This document shows, one piece after another, positions 1 through 9,572 of a DNA stretch of 64,000 bases. The notes beneath the pieces were generated by a model. The model was given only the letters and a program-made list of their open reading frames with translations, was not told the DNA's origin and did not search any database. Source of the DNA: a virus (Duplodnaviria; Caudoviricetes). The position numbers and the translations under genes are program-made. The stretch covers positions 1-64,000 of the IMG/VR virus record IMGVR_UViG_2934156241_000002; one strand, written 5' to 3'. Within the stretch, counting starts at the first letter, position 1; each line of letters opens with the position of its first letter.

Positions 1-831
1 TCAGATCAGGTGCGGGGCGGTGGCGAGCGCCATGTCGATGCCGATGGAACCGACGTCCGCGCAGACCCGGGTAGAGCCGGTGACGGGCGCCGCCGGATCC
101 GTATCGGGGCCGAGGCGGAGCCAGCCCTGCAGGTCCTGGTACGCGCCGAACTCGACCTCGCGGGCACTGACCGGGCGCAGCTGCGGGAACCGGTCGGCCA
201 GGTGCCGCGTGAAGACGCTCCCGGCGTCCGTGGACGTGTGGCTACCCAGCGGAGGCAGAAGGACCGGCAGAGCCCCGTACAGGCCGCTCTCGGGGCCGTC
301 GTAGGTCAGGCTGTAGTTCCCTCCGCACCCGTGCGACCACATGCCCCACTGGGCGTGGCCGTCGGCCGTCCTCCACACCAGGCCGGGCCCGTCGTGCAGC
401 TCAACGAACTGCGGGAGCGCCCCGTGGTCGACGAGGCCGAACGCGACCTCGGTCAGAGCAGCCCGCTTGTCACGGAACACCTGCTGCGCCCCGTGCTCGA
501 CGGCCGTCCCGGCAGTGGTCTCCGCGTCCAGGGTCGGGAGTATCCAGCGCAGCACGCGGGCAGCGAGCCAGGCGACGGATGCCGGGTCCGTCGAGTCGGT
601 CACGGCGTCCGGGGTGACGGGGAACTCGTCAGGCCGGGCGGCGAACACCTCAACGAGTCCGGCCTGCTCGGCGATGATCAGCGTCCGGCGGCCGTCGGTG
701 ATCTGGGACGTGGCCGCGTTGTTGCGGATGCTGTACGGGGCCGGGCGGACCTGCCACGCCTTCCCCTGGCAGGTGGGGAGCAGCGCGGCGAGCGGGGCGG
801 CGGTGGTCGCGTGGGCGGTGGGCAGGGACAT
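1..831 (-). CDS. hypothetical protein (276 aa)
   Basis: ATG at 831 follows the GAAGGAACACC leader; stop at 1-3. Confidence 0.75.
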   Translation of the reverse strand: MSLPTAHATTAAPLAALLPTCQGKAWQVRPAPYSIRNNAATSQITDGRRTLIIAEQAGLVEVFAARPDEFPVTPDAVTDSTDPASVAWLAARVLRWILPTLDAETTAGTAVEHGAQQVFRDKRAALTEVAFGLVDHGALPQFVELHDGPGLVWRTADGHAQWGMWSHGCGGNYSLTYDGPESGLYGALPVLLPPLGSHTSTDAGSVFTRHLADRFPQLRPVSAREVEFGAYQDLQGWLRLGPDTDPAAPVTGSTRVCADVGSIGIDMALATAPHLI

Positions 832-953
832 CAGCGGTGTTCCTTCGTTCGGGCGTTCCCGGCGCGGTGCTCTCCGGCCGGGTGATGAGGTCATGCCGGT
901 GGTGCTTACGTCGCGCCCCGGGGCCGGCTGGAAGGTGCGGCCCCGGGGGCGGG

Positions 954-1214
954 TCAGTCGGTGATCGGCTCGAATCCGTGCACCTTGTCGATCAGGTCGG
1001 TTCCCTCGTCGCGGACGTACTCCTCGTACGTGCGCTGAACGGCATGGCGGTGAACGTCGACGTCGAAGGTGGCGGCCCACGCCATGCCGTCGGTGTCGTC
1101 CTGGTCATCGACGTAGCCGTCGATCATGGCTTCGTCGCCGTCCCCGACGTCGTGGGACGCTTCGATCAGAAGGTTCCCGCCGTGGTCCCAGCGGCCCATC
1201 AGCAGCGTTGCCAT
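954..1214 (-). CDS. small acidic hypothetical protein
   Basis: AAGGAG RBS before ATG (MATLLMGRW...). Confidence 0.7.
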   Translation of the reverse strand: MATLLMGRWDHGGNLLIEASHDVGDGDEAMIDGYVDDQDDTDGMAWAATFDVDVHRHAVQRTYEEYVRDEGTDLIDKVHGFEPITD

Positions 1215-1294
1215 CAGGGGTGCTCCTTGTCTGGTGAGGGGTGGTGCTGCACCCCGGAGCGGCTCGTACGGCCGGGCCCCGGGGTGCAGCTGCT

Positions 1295-1645
1295 CTACAG
1301 TCCGAGGGACAGCACGAACAGGGCGAGGTCGCCGCCCCACTCGGCCATCTCGTCCGGGTTGCTCGGCGAGAAGTCGGGGATGTGCTCGGAGGGCACGAGG
1401 TGCACGTCGCCGGTAGCGCGGTCCTCGAACACCAGGTCCCCGAGGTCGCCGTCGGTGTCGACGTACAGGCGCAGCGACACGCGGCCGTCGGTGGTGAAGA
1501 TCAGGCCCCATGCGCCGAGGTAGGACGATTCGGCGTCCCAGCCCTTGCCGAGGGCGGCGGCCGTCGCGCGGGCGTAGTCGGAGAGGGGGTAGCTGTACTC
1601 GCGGCCGGGGGCGGGGTTGTACCGGGCGGGGGTGGTGGTGGTCAT
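1295..1645 (-). CDS. hypothetical protein
   Basis: ATG after hairpin leader (MTTTTPARYNP...). Confidence 0.75.
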   Translation of the reverse strand: MTTTTPARYNPAPGREYSYPLSDYARATAAALGKGWDAESSYLGAWGLIFTTDGRVSLRLYVDTDGDLGDLVFEDRATGDVHLVPSEHIPDFSPSNPDEMAEWGGDLALFVLSLGL

Positions 1646-1740
1646 CGCGGGTGTTCCTTCGGTTCGGGTCGGGTCCGGCGTGCTCTCGCCGGGGGAGTAG
1701 GCCGGGTGAGCGCGGCTTGCGTCGCGCCCACCCGGAGCGG

Positions 1741-2262
1741 TCAGCCGATGGAGTCGGCCAGTTGGGCGTGCTCCCACAGGAGGCGGAACGCCGCTTCCAG
1801 GAGGGCCGTGACGTCCTCTTCGAGGGGCGCAGCGTTGAGCTGGGCGTGGACGGCGAGGAGGCGGACGAACAGGTCGCCTTCCTGGGCGATCAGGACGGGT
1901 CCGCCGGGGAGCAGTGAGGCGGGCAGCTCCGGAGCGGTGCCGTACACCGGGGCGGTGACGTACAGGCTGACCAGAGGCGGGAAGCCGGTGGAGGGCGTCT
2001 GGGCGGCGATGTCGTCGATGGTGTGCATGGCGAGCATCGCGTCGAAGGGCAGCGTGTTAGTGATGACGGTGCCGTCCCACGTGCCGGATTCCTCGGTCTC
2101 CAACGCTGTGGCGGCGTCGTTGAGGAGTGCGGCGATGTCGAGGAGCGCGGTGCGGCCGGGGGCGTCCGGGATGGTCGCGGGGGACTCGGCGCGGGTCCGG
2201 GCGATGCCGGCGATGGTGCGGGCGCGGCGGGCGGCGGCGATGGCGGTCTGCGGGATGGGCAT
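1741..2262 (-). CDS. hypothetical protein (173 aa)
   Basis: GGAG RBS; co-oriented with neighbours; protein-like composition. Confidence 0.7.
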   Translation of the reverse strand: MPIPQTAIAAARRARTIAGIARTRAESPATIPDAPGRTALLDIAALLNDAATALETEESGTWDGTVITNTLPFDAMLAMHTIDDIAAQTPSTGFPPLVSLYVTAPVYGTAPELPASLLPGGPVLIAQEGDLFVRLLAVHAQLNAAPLEEDVTALLEAAFRLLWEHAQLADSIG

Positions 2263-2340
2263 GGGTGTCTCCGTCTACGTGTGCGTTGAGGGGGCCGGGG
2301 CGCGGCAGGGGGTGCTGCGCCCCGGCGGGGGCGGGGAGGG

Positions 2341-2727
2341 TCAGGCGGCCAGGAGGGCGGCGCGGACGGCCTTGTACTCGGCCTTGCGCGGCTTGTACGC
2401 GGCGGCGAGCTGGGCGACCTCGGTCCGGGTGTAGCGGAAGACGGTCTTGACGATGTTCCGGGTGCCGGTGAGGGAGCGGCGGATGCGGGCGCGGCGGCCC
2501 TTGATGCCCGCGTTCTTCGCTGCGGTGCGCAGTCCGGCGGAGACGGCCTTGATGGCGGTGTCGGTGTGGGTGCCGGTGGCGATGATGTGCGTGGCCAGGG
2601 AGCGGGCGCCGGTGCGGACACGGCGGGCGGCCTGGGCGATGCTTCGGCGCTTGGCGGAGGCGGCGCGGTTGGTGCGGATGCGGTCGCGGAGGATGGCGGC
2701 GGCGCGGCGGGCGTTGGCAGAAGCCAT
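2341..2727 (-). CDS. very basic Arg/Ala/Lys-rich protein, possibly nucleic-acid binding
   Basis: ATG after full box + hairpin leader (MASANARRAAAILRDRIRTN...). Confidence 0.75.
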   Translation of the reverse strand: MASANARRAAAILRDRIRTNRAASAKRRSIAQAARRVRTGARSLATHIIATGTHTDTAIKAVSAGLRTAAKNAGIKGRRARIRRSLTGTRNIVKTVFRYTRTEVAQLAAAYKPRKAEYKAVRAALLAA

Positions 2728-2905
2728 GATGGGTTCCTTCGTTCGGGCGGTGTGGGCGGTGCTCTCCGCCAACAAGAGAAACAGTACAGCAATGCGACAC
2801 TCAGGGATAGGGGCACCCGAAAAGATCGGGAAAATGCTGGTCAGTTGTGCACTCAGCACCTGATCCAGGCGCATCAATGTCGCGCAGCTTCACTGTCGGT
2901 AGGTG

Positions 2906-3142
2906 TCAGAAGAGGGTCAGGGTGTCCGCAGGAGGCATCGGGGCCGGCATGGCGGTGCGCGGCCGCCGGGGGGCCGGAGCGTCCCCGAACAGGGCCTCAG
3001 TGCCGCACTCGTCCGGAACGGCCGGCACGGACCGGACCACAGCCTCTTCCCCGATCAGAGCGAGCGGGGCCAGCTGTGCGGCCTCGTCGAAGTCGGCGCG
3101 CTCCATGCGCGTCCAGTCACGGCCGACCCGCCCCCCGGTCAC
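2906..3142 (-). CDS. hypothetical protein
   Basis: GTG overlaps the stop of the upstream ORF (GTGA). Confidence 0.5.
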   Translation of the reverse strand: MTGGRVGRDWTRMERADFDEAAQLAPLALIGEEAVVRSVPAVPDECGTEALFGDAPAPRRPRTAMPAPMPPADTLTLF

Positions 3143-3324
3143 AGCCGCTCGCCGACCAGCTGGACGACGGGGCGCCGGAACGCATCCCCGGGTGCGAGCA
3201 GCCACGCACCGTGCGCGTCACAGAACGCCTCGGTGCGCCTCACACGCCCCCTGGAGAGGTCGTACGAGATGAAGCGCGTCGGCGGGTACGGGCACGTTGC
3301 ACAGCGGTCCGGGATCTCGGGCAT
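3139..3324 (-). CDS. small Cys/His-containing protein (CxxC...CxxH)
   Basis: GAGGAA RBS; MPEIPDRCATCP...FCDAH. Confidence 0.55.
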   Translation of the reverse strand: MPEIPDRCATCPYPPTRFISYDLSRGRVRRTEAFCDAHGAWLLAPGDAFRRPVVQLVGERL

Positions 3325-3392
3325 CGGTACGGGGTTCCTCTCTGGCGGACGGCCGGGGCGCGGGCGGCGCGCCCCGGCCAGGGGCGGAAGGA

Positions 3393-4025
3393 TCAGGCGC
3401 GGCGGGCGTGCGCCCGGTACTCAGCGTCCAGGGCCCGCAGCGCGTCGGCGAACTCGGGGGTGCCGGGCTTCTCGTCGAGGTCGCGGACCATGGCAGCGCC
3501 CGCCGGAAGGTCGACCTTCGACCCGTCCAGGTTCGTCCATCCGTACGCCGGACGGCTGACTACCGTCACGCAGAGCGTGGTGACGTCACCGGCACCCCGG
3601 CACTCGTCGGGGAGCGCCGCCGCAGCTCCGCACTGGCGGTTGCCCATCGTGGCGCAGTCCCAGCCGGTTTCGTCTTCGTCGACCACACCGTCTCGGTTGT
3701 CGTCGCCGCGAGCATCGGACTGGCCATCAACCCAGCCGTCCGCCCACGCGACCGCGCCCGGGTCGTTGCCGTTGGCGACGAAGGGCGGGGCGGTCGCCTT
3801 CATGCCGTCGCCGAGCGCAGCGACGCCAGCGTTCCACCCGCCGTTGTAGGCATCGACCAAGACCGCATCCTCCGCGTCGGCGGTGATGGTGGCGGTCGGG
3901 TGGTGCGGGGCCGGCATGGAGTGGCCGGTGAGGGTGGCGCCAGCGCCGAGGAGTGCGGTGGCCAGGCCAGCGGCCAGCAGCACGGCGGGGCGGGGGCGGC
4001 GGGTGAGGATTCGCGGCATACGCAT
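3393..4025 (-). CDS. secreted or membrane-anchored protein with an EF-hand-like loop
   Basis: Basic then hydrophobic N-terminus; DDNRDGVVDEDE loop; four Cys; hairpin leader. Confidence 0.7.
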   Translation of the reverse strand: MRMPRILTRRPRPAVLLAAGLATALLGAGATLTGHSMPAPHHPTATITADAEDAVLVDAYNGGWNAGVAALGDGMKATAPPFVANGNDPGAVAWADGWVDGQSDARGDDNRDGVVDEDETGWDCATMGNRQCGAAAALPDECRGAGDVTTLCVTVVSRPAYGWTNLDGSKVDLPAGAAMVRDLDEKPGTPEFADALRALDAEYRAHARRA

Positions 4026-4114
4026 GGCGGTGTTCCTTCGTTCGGGCTGTTCCGGGTTGCTCTCCCCGGGGTGCCGGTTGGCGTGGAACAGAACGTACAG
4101 ACACCACACGTAAA

Positions 4115-4227
4115 AGTACAGCGATGCGACGGATTATGAGTGAGTCCACTGTTCACAGGGCCATCCACCTGCGCATTCACGAAGATGCCACTTCCCCTCT
4201 TGCGCTCCTGTCGCATTGCTGTACTGT
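4115..4227. promoter_or_regulatory. divergent control region with two oppositely oriented GTCGCATYGCTGTACT boxes
   Basis: AGTACAGCGATGCGAC at 4115-4130 and GTCGCATTGCTGTACTGT at 4210-4227 lie between leftward and rightward gene arrays. Confidence 0.75.
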
Positions 4228-4296
4228 TCTTCTCGGCGGTTCACCCCGCCGCCCCGGAGAGCAACCGGGGCAAGCCCGAACGAAGGAACACCCACC

Positions 4297-4587
4297 ATGG
4301 CCGTCACACTCGCCAAAACCCCCCAACTCCACTTCTTCCTTGCTGTCGTCAGCAACCAGGGCACCGACTCCGCCCACGTCCACGCACTGCTGCTCACCCG
4401 CCAGAACGGCTACGCCAACCAAGTCGACCTGATGCACCTTCAGGCCCGAGCCGTCAACGGCGGCGAACTGGTCTGCATCGTCGCCGGAGACCGCTCCGCC
4501 GCCTACGCCGATGCACGCCAGGGCGAATGCAACGAAGAGCTCATGACCGCCTGGATCGACCAGCAGATCACCGCCCACGGCCTGTAG
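4297..4587 (+). CDS. hypothetical protein (96 aa)
   Basis: ATG after hairpin leader (MAVTLAKTPQLHFF...). Confidence 0.75.
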   Translation: MAVTLAKTPQLHFFLAVVSNQGTDSAHVHALLLTRQNGYANQVDLMHLQARAVNGGELVCIVAGDRSAAYADARQGECNEELMTAWIDQQITAHGL

Positions 4588-4723
4588 GCCACGCACCGCC
4601 CGCCACCACGGGGGGGGGTGCGCCCCGCCCCCTCACCGGCCAGCCCGGTGCAGGCGCAGGGCGCACCGCCCCACCCCCACCCCGGGAGAGCACCCGGGAC
4701 AGCCCGAACGAAGGAACACCGCC

Positions 4724-5359
4724 ATGACCACTGCCCCCGCCCCGACCACTACCGCACCGCTGTTCGCCGCGCTCGCCGCGCACCAGGCCGCTGACGAAGC
4801 CGCCCTGGGCCTCCGTCAGCTCGACCTGTACGCGCTCGGCCGCCACCTGCACGGGCTCGGCGCCACCAACGCTCTTGCCTCCGTGGAGGACGGGCGCTAC
4901 GCCCTCGCCTCCGCCCGCAACCTGCGGGACCGCGCAGCCGCCAACCTCCTGGTGCGCGCCGCCATCGACACGGCTCGGAGCGCCATCCTCACCATCGCGC
5001 CGCACGCCGCCCGCATGCACGGCACGGACCTGCCCGCGACCGCCGAGGAGATCCGCGCCGCAGCACTGGCGTACAACGACATCGACGGCTCCCACGAGGA
5101 ACTGAGCGACATCAAGGCCGGCACGCCCTCCGTCCGCGTCCACTGCCGCAGCGACACCGGCACCGGATGGACCGTGATCGCGGTCATCACCGCCGGGGTT
5201 GACTCACGGTTCGGGCACATCCCCGCCCATCCTCCGATCATCGTGAAGTTCCGCAAGATCGACGGGCGCCTGAACGCTGCCGAGAACGCCCGCCGGGTGT
5301 TCGGCGCCCGGTTCCGCGTCGACGTCCCCGTGACGTACGTCGCCGACCGCCGGGTCTGA
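4724..5359 (+). CDS. hypothetical protein (211 aa)
   Basis: ATG after hairpin leader. Confidence 0.75.
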   Translation: MTTAPAPTTTAPLFAALAAHQAADEAALGLRQLDLYALGRHLHGLGATNALASVEDGRYALASARNLRDRAAANLLVRAAIDTARSAILTIAPHAARMHGTDLPATAEEIRAAALAYNDIDGSHEELSDIKAGTPSVRVHCRSDTGTGWTVIAVITAGVDSRFGHIPAHPPIIVKFRKIDGRLNAAENARRVFGARFRVDVPVTYVADRRV

Positions 5360-5529
5360 CCCCTGGCCCCGGGGCCGCCCGGCCGAACGGGGTCGGGCGG
5401 CGCCGCAGGACCCCACACGCACACGCGCGCGTGTGAGCGGTCCAGAAAGTCCAGAAACCCCCGCCCGCCCCTCTTGCTTCACCCCCTGCCCCGGAGAGCA
5501 CCGGGGCCCGCCCGAACCGAAGGAACACC

Positions 5530-6717
5530 GTGCTTACTGCTACTCAGCGCGCCGAACACATGGCGCAGCAGGTCTTGATTTCCGCCCGCCTCCACAACTC
5601 CATGGTGGTCACGGCCGATCTGGTGGATGCCGTGATGGGCCGTGATGTCGGCACGGAGCAGGGGAAGGCGGATGTGGCCACGGTGCGCCGCATCATCCGC
5701 AAGCGCGCCGGGGCTGAGGGGGTGCGGGTCATCCTCACGGAGACGGAGCGGTACTGGGCGATCCGGGAGCAGCTTCACGGCCTGCACAAGGACCAGGTGG
5801 ACGACCTTGCTGACAGCATTGCCGCCGGGGGAGACGACGACCCGCGCGGGTGGGACGCCGAGCTGATCAAGGCGCTCTCCGTCCGCCGGTCCGGGCGGAT
5901 TCCACCGGAGCGGCTGTGGGGCTGCGAGCCGGTCTCCGTCCGTTTGTGGAGTGAGCCGCGTTCGGCCGAGGAGGAGTGGCCGACGGCGGCCGAGGCGCAG
6001 CGTCTGGCCGGCAACGAGGTCATTGCCGGTCGGGCCCGTGCGGCACTTGCCCTGCGGCATATCGGTGAGGCGCAGCAGGGGGTTGCCGGTGTCCGGTTCC
6101 ACGTGGATGCGCGGGCCGTGCTGCTGTACGCCGTGGACTACCGGGGTTGGTCCACGCCGGTGCTTCTGGAGTACTTCGGCGGGGCCCTGGAGGAGAGCGG
6201 GTGGACCACGATGCGTGGAATCAGCGTTCGCGGGTCGTACCTGCGGTTGCTGCCGCCCGTCGAGGAGGTTCCCGCCCCGGCCGAGCGCACGTGGGCCGAG
6301 GTCCTGGGCGCGGACCCGATCCCGGCTGGGGAGCCCGTTCTCACCACCATGCCGGGTCGGCCGGTCACCGTTGAAGCCCTGGGGACGGGCCCGGAGACGG
6401 TGCTCGCCCATGAGGAGTACGTGGTCCAGCTCCGGAGCAACGGCAGGTGGGTGCTGCCGAACCATGACGATCCGGCCGTGCTCTCCCGGTCGGTGGTCGC
6501 CAGGGTGCGACGCCGGATGCTGGAGGGCGCTCCCGGGCGCTCAGGGGCTTCCCTGGACGTCGACGGGACGGTCTACCTGTCCGACGGCCGACAGGCCGCC
6601 CGGTACATCCCCACGGGGCTTCTGAGTGGTCTTCAGCCCGGGGTGTGCCCGGGGTGCAGCACCGCGTACGCCGACAACGGTGACGGTCCCTGCCCGACCG
6701 AGGCGCGCCCGGCCTGA
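5530..6717 (+). CDS. hypothetical protein (395 aa) with C-terminal CxxC...C
   Basis: GTG after hairpin leader. Confidence 0.7.
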   Translation: MLTATQRAEHMAQQVLISARLHNSMVVTADLVDAVMGRDVGTEQGKADVATVRRIIRKRAGAEGVRVILTETERYWAIREQLHGLHKDQVDDLADSIAAGGDDDPRGWDAELIKALSVRRSGRIPPERLWGCEPVSVRLWSEPRSAEEEWPTAAEAQRLAGNEVIAGRARAALALRHIGEAQQGVAGVRFHVDARAVLLYAVDYRGWSTPVLLEYFGGALEESGWTTMRGISVRGSYLRLLPPVEEVPAPAERTWAEVLGADPIPAGEPVLTTMPGRPVTVEALGTGPETVLAHEEYVVQLRSNGRWVLPNHDDPAVLSRSVVARVRRRMLEGAPGRSGASLDVDGTVYLSDGRQAARYIPTGLLSGLQPGVCPGCSTAYADNGDGPCPTEARPA

Positions 6718-6720
6718 CGC

Positions 6721-6762
6721 CGATGGCACCGCCCGGCCGGCCTGGCGCGGGCGGTGCCATCG
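6721..6762 (+). terminator. stem-loop, probable terminator
   Basis: CGATGGCACCGCCCG...CGGGCGGTGCCATCG 15-bp inverted repeat right after the stop. Confidence 0.6.
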
Positions 6763-6850
6763 AGCACCCGTCACACCCCTGTCTCCCCCTGCATCTCGGC
6801 GTACCGGCCCGCACTGGCCCCGTACGCCGCTCCGAGGAAGGTTCATCCCC

Positions 6851-7213
6851 ATGTCTCTGCCGTCCTGGCTCCAGTCCCACCTGGACGCCGCCGCACAGCC
6901 CCGGTACTCGTTCGAGTCGTTCGCGGACGAGGTGGCCCGCCGGATGGGTCTGCCCCCGACGTTGGTCACCGGCGAGTTCGAGCGGAGCTCCGAAACCGAT
7001 CACGTCTGGATGGTGTGGAAGTCCGACCGGGGCGGAGCGATCCTCCTGCTGGACAGGGGAGACGCTGCTCCGCGTGAGTCCGTGGTCATCAAGGTGTGTT
7101 GGCACCAGGCGCCGGACCCGGGCGACGTCGCCGCGATGGTCCGGGCGTACGAGCGTCGCGGCCGTCTCCGTCCTCTGCGGTCGTTGCTGGCCCGGGTGCT
7201 GCGTCGCGGCTGA
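6851..7213 (+). CDS. hypothetical protein
   Basis: GGAAGG RBS; MSLPSWLQSHL... Confidence 0.65.
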   Translation: MSLPSWLQSHLDAAAQPRYSFESFADEVARRMGLPPTLVTGEFERSSETDHVWMVWKSDRGGAILLLDRGDAAPRESVVIKVCWHQAPDPGDVAAMVRAYERRGRLRPLRSLLARVLRRG

Positions 7214-7355
7214 ACCGGGCGTCCTGCCGCCAGGCATCCACGGCGCCGCCCGTCCGAGTCGGCGGGCGGCGCCCCCTTGTTTCGGCCCGCAGTCGAGCGG
7301 GCCGACTGAACCGCGATGGCGAGCTGCCGCCGCGTCCCACAGGAAGGAACAGCGC

Positions 7356-8132
7356 GTGAGCGCATTCGTAGAGATCCCCCGCCCGTACGAGTCGGTACCG
7401 GGCCGGTTCACGGTGGAGCTCCGGTTCCCCGCAGCGTCGAAGCGCCGGGCGGAGCAGCATCACCACGTGGCTTGGCGTCTGGCCGACGTGCACGGTGTCG
7501 AGGCCCGTACCCCGTACAAGGTGAATCCGCGGTGGTCGGTGTACGAGGAGCAGTGGGGGAACGGGGAGCGGCACGGCGGTCTCGACTACCGGGGGCTGAC
7601 GGTGGAGGGCAGTGCCCGCACGGTTGCCCGGTACCTCGCGGCCCTGGTGCGGGTCCTGGAGGCGGTGGAAGGTCTGGCCACTCGGGCGGTCCGGGTGTTC
7701 GGCGCGTGGAAGCGCTCTGTGGCCGCTGAGAGCCACATGGAGCACGAGGACGTGGTCACCATGCGCATCCGGGCCCGGGACTTTCGTGCGGCCGTCCTGG
7801 GCGCCCTGGTGCGGCGCCTGGACGCACACGTGGCGGACGGGTCGGTGCGGGACAGCTCCCGGCCTCTGTGGGAGCAGCCCGGGGCCGTGGGCGCCGAGGT
7901 GTGGGCCGATGCCGGCGGGGTCGACCTGATGGAAGCCCCGGCAGAGGACGTCGCCGTGCACCTGGTCCTGATGGTGCCCGAGGAGCCGGTGCAGCAGGAG
8001 CTGTTCGCGGTCGAGGCGGTTGCCGTGCGGTTGAGGCCGGCCACGCCGTCGAGCGTGCGTACCGCCGTCTTCCCGATCCCTGTCGCCCCGCTTCTGCCAG
8101 GCGATCCCGGACGGTACGGCACGGCAGCCTGA
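7356..8132 (+). CDS. hypothetical protein
   Basis: GGAAGGAAC RBS before GTG (VSAFVEIPRPYE...). Confidence 0.7.
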   Translation: MSAFVEIPRPYESVPGRFTVELRFPAASKRRAEQHHHVAWRLADVHGVEARTPYKVNPRWSVYEEQWGNGERHGGLDYRGLTVEGSARTVARYLAALVRVLEAVEGLATRAVRVFGAWKRSVAAESHMEHEDVVTMRIRARDFRAAVLGALVRRLDAHVADGSVRDSSRPLWEQPGAVGAEVWADAGGVDLMEAPAEDVAVHLVLMVPEEPVQQELFAVEAVAVRLRPATPSSVRTAVFPIPVAPLLPGDPGRYGTAA

Positions 8133-8305
8133 TCTATCCCCGGCGTCGACAGCTCCTCGCGAGTCTCAGAACAGTGCAGCATTGAGACTCTCTAGGCCGT
8201 TACCCCCTTCCTGTGCGGGATACCTACCCTTAGACGTCTCATTGCTGTACTGTTTTTCTTGTTGGCGGAGAGCACCGCCAACAGCCCAAAGAAAGGAACA
8301 CCGCA

Positions 8306-8725
8306 ATGAACGCTGCCCTCGCAGTCAAGTCCCTGGAACTCAACTCGCTGTACGGCTCGGTACGCATCGTTCTCAGCTCCGAGACCCGGACCGACGTCAT
8401 GCCGGAGCAGGCCGACGCCTACAGCCTGAGCGTGCTCGGTGGGAAGGGGCTGCGGGAGTCCGCCATCAACGACTCCAACGGCTCCGCGGACCTGGCCATC
8501 AGGTTCGTTGAGTACATCGACCCCGTCACGCAGAAGACGCGGTACGGCGTCGACTACTGGTCGATCACCCGCTATTGGACGGTCGACCACGCATACCGCA
8601 GCGTCGCCGAGACGGTCTACGAGACGGCCGTGCGCGGGGAGTTCGCATGCCCGACGCTCACCCTCACCCGGGAGCGCTTCGCGCGGGGACTGACCGGCTT
8701 CTACGACGTCACCGACGTCATCTGA
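8306..8725 (+). CDS. hypothetical protein (139 aa)
   Basis: ATG after full box + 9-bp hairpin leader. Confidence 0.8.
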   Translation: MNAALAVKSLELNSLYGSVRIVLSSETRTDVMPEQADAYSLSVLGGKGLRESAINDSNGSADLAIRFVEYIDPVTQKTRYGVDYWSITRYWTVDHAYRSVAETVYETAVRGEFACPTLTLTRERFARGLTGFYDVTDVI

Positions 8726-8822
8726 TTTTCGGTCACTTCAGTCCCTTTCCGCCGGGGCGCGACCTTCCCGCCGCGCCCCGGCATCCTCCCCGCACCTGTC
8801 TCCACCCAGCGAAGGAACACCC

Positions 8823-9488
8823 ATGCGTACCGGCCTCACCATCACCCCGGATTCCCCGCGCTCCAACGAGATGAAGCTCATCGTCAAACTGGACAAGTCC
8901 ATGGTGGGCGTCATCTTCGACGAGTCCCTGGCCCAGCTGTCGCGTGGCGCGTTCGCCGCCTGGTCCTCGAAGTGTTCCAACCGTGGTGGCGTCGTCGGCT
9001 TCTACCCGACGCAGGAGGAGGCGGCCGAGGCCATCGCGGATCTGTACGCGGCGGCCGGCCCCGGCGGCGGCAAGACCCCGCCGTCCACCAAGAGGCAGGC
9101 CAGGTTCTTCGCACTGCCCACCGTGCGCCGTGACGCTGTCGCCCATAAGGCCGCGTACCTGTACGACGGCACCCGCACCGTGGCCGCGTGCTGGACGGTC
9201 GCGCTGGAGTGGGACGAGGGCGAGCACCCCGGGCCTGACCCGGAGACCGGTGAGCCGGTCTACGTCCGCACGCACTCCGCGACGACCCGGCACCTGCCCA
9301 ACCCCGACAAGACCGGCCGCCACACCCTGTGCGGGCAGGCGTGGCAGATCGCCTCCTGGTACCGGCACCCGAACACGCGCCAGATCCACCGCCCCGAGGG
9401 CTGGATGATCCTCGACCTCCCCGACTGCGGAGGCTGTGGCCGGTCGCACGCCGCCCGCCTGGCCCGTGCCGCGCGCACGGCCGCGTAA
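8823..9488 (+). CDS. hypothetical protein, possible Zn-binding C-terminus
   Basis: GAAGGAACACCC-ATG; HTLCG...CGGC. Confidence 0.7.
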   Translation: MRTGLTITPDSPRSNEMKLIVKLDKSMVGVIFDESLAQLSRGAFAAWSSKCSNRGGVVGFYPTQEEAAEAIADLYAAAGPGGGKTPPSTKRQARFFALPTVRRDAVAHKAAYLYDGTRTVAACWTVALEWDEGEHPGPDPETGEPVYVRTHSATTRHLPNPDKTGRHTLCGQAWQIASWYRHPNTRQIHRPEGWMILDLPDCGGCGRSHAARLARAARTAA

Positions 9489-9572
9489 CCAGTCCTCATG
9501 GCGGCCGGGCGCTGTCCACTGCGTCCGGCCGCCCCACCACCCTTCCCCGCCCGCTTCACACATCGGAGCACC

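Noticed and set aside
4251-4296. Hairpins as CsrA/RsmA sites
   Set aside because: The GG of GGA is normally in the stem rather than the loop, and the 1675 copy has no GGA in its hairpin.
830-8310. Repeated leaders as a CRISPR array or integron attC sites
   Set aside because: Copies are separated by whole genes, occur on both strands and vary in stem sequence; no cas gene or integron integrase was seen.
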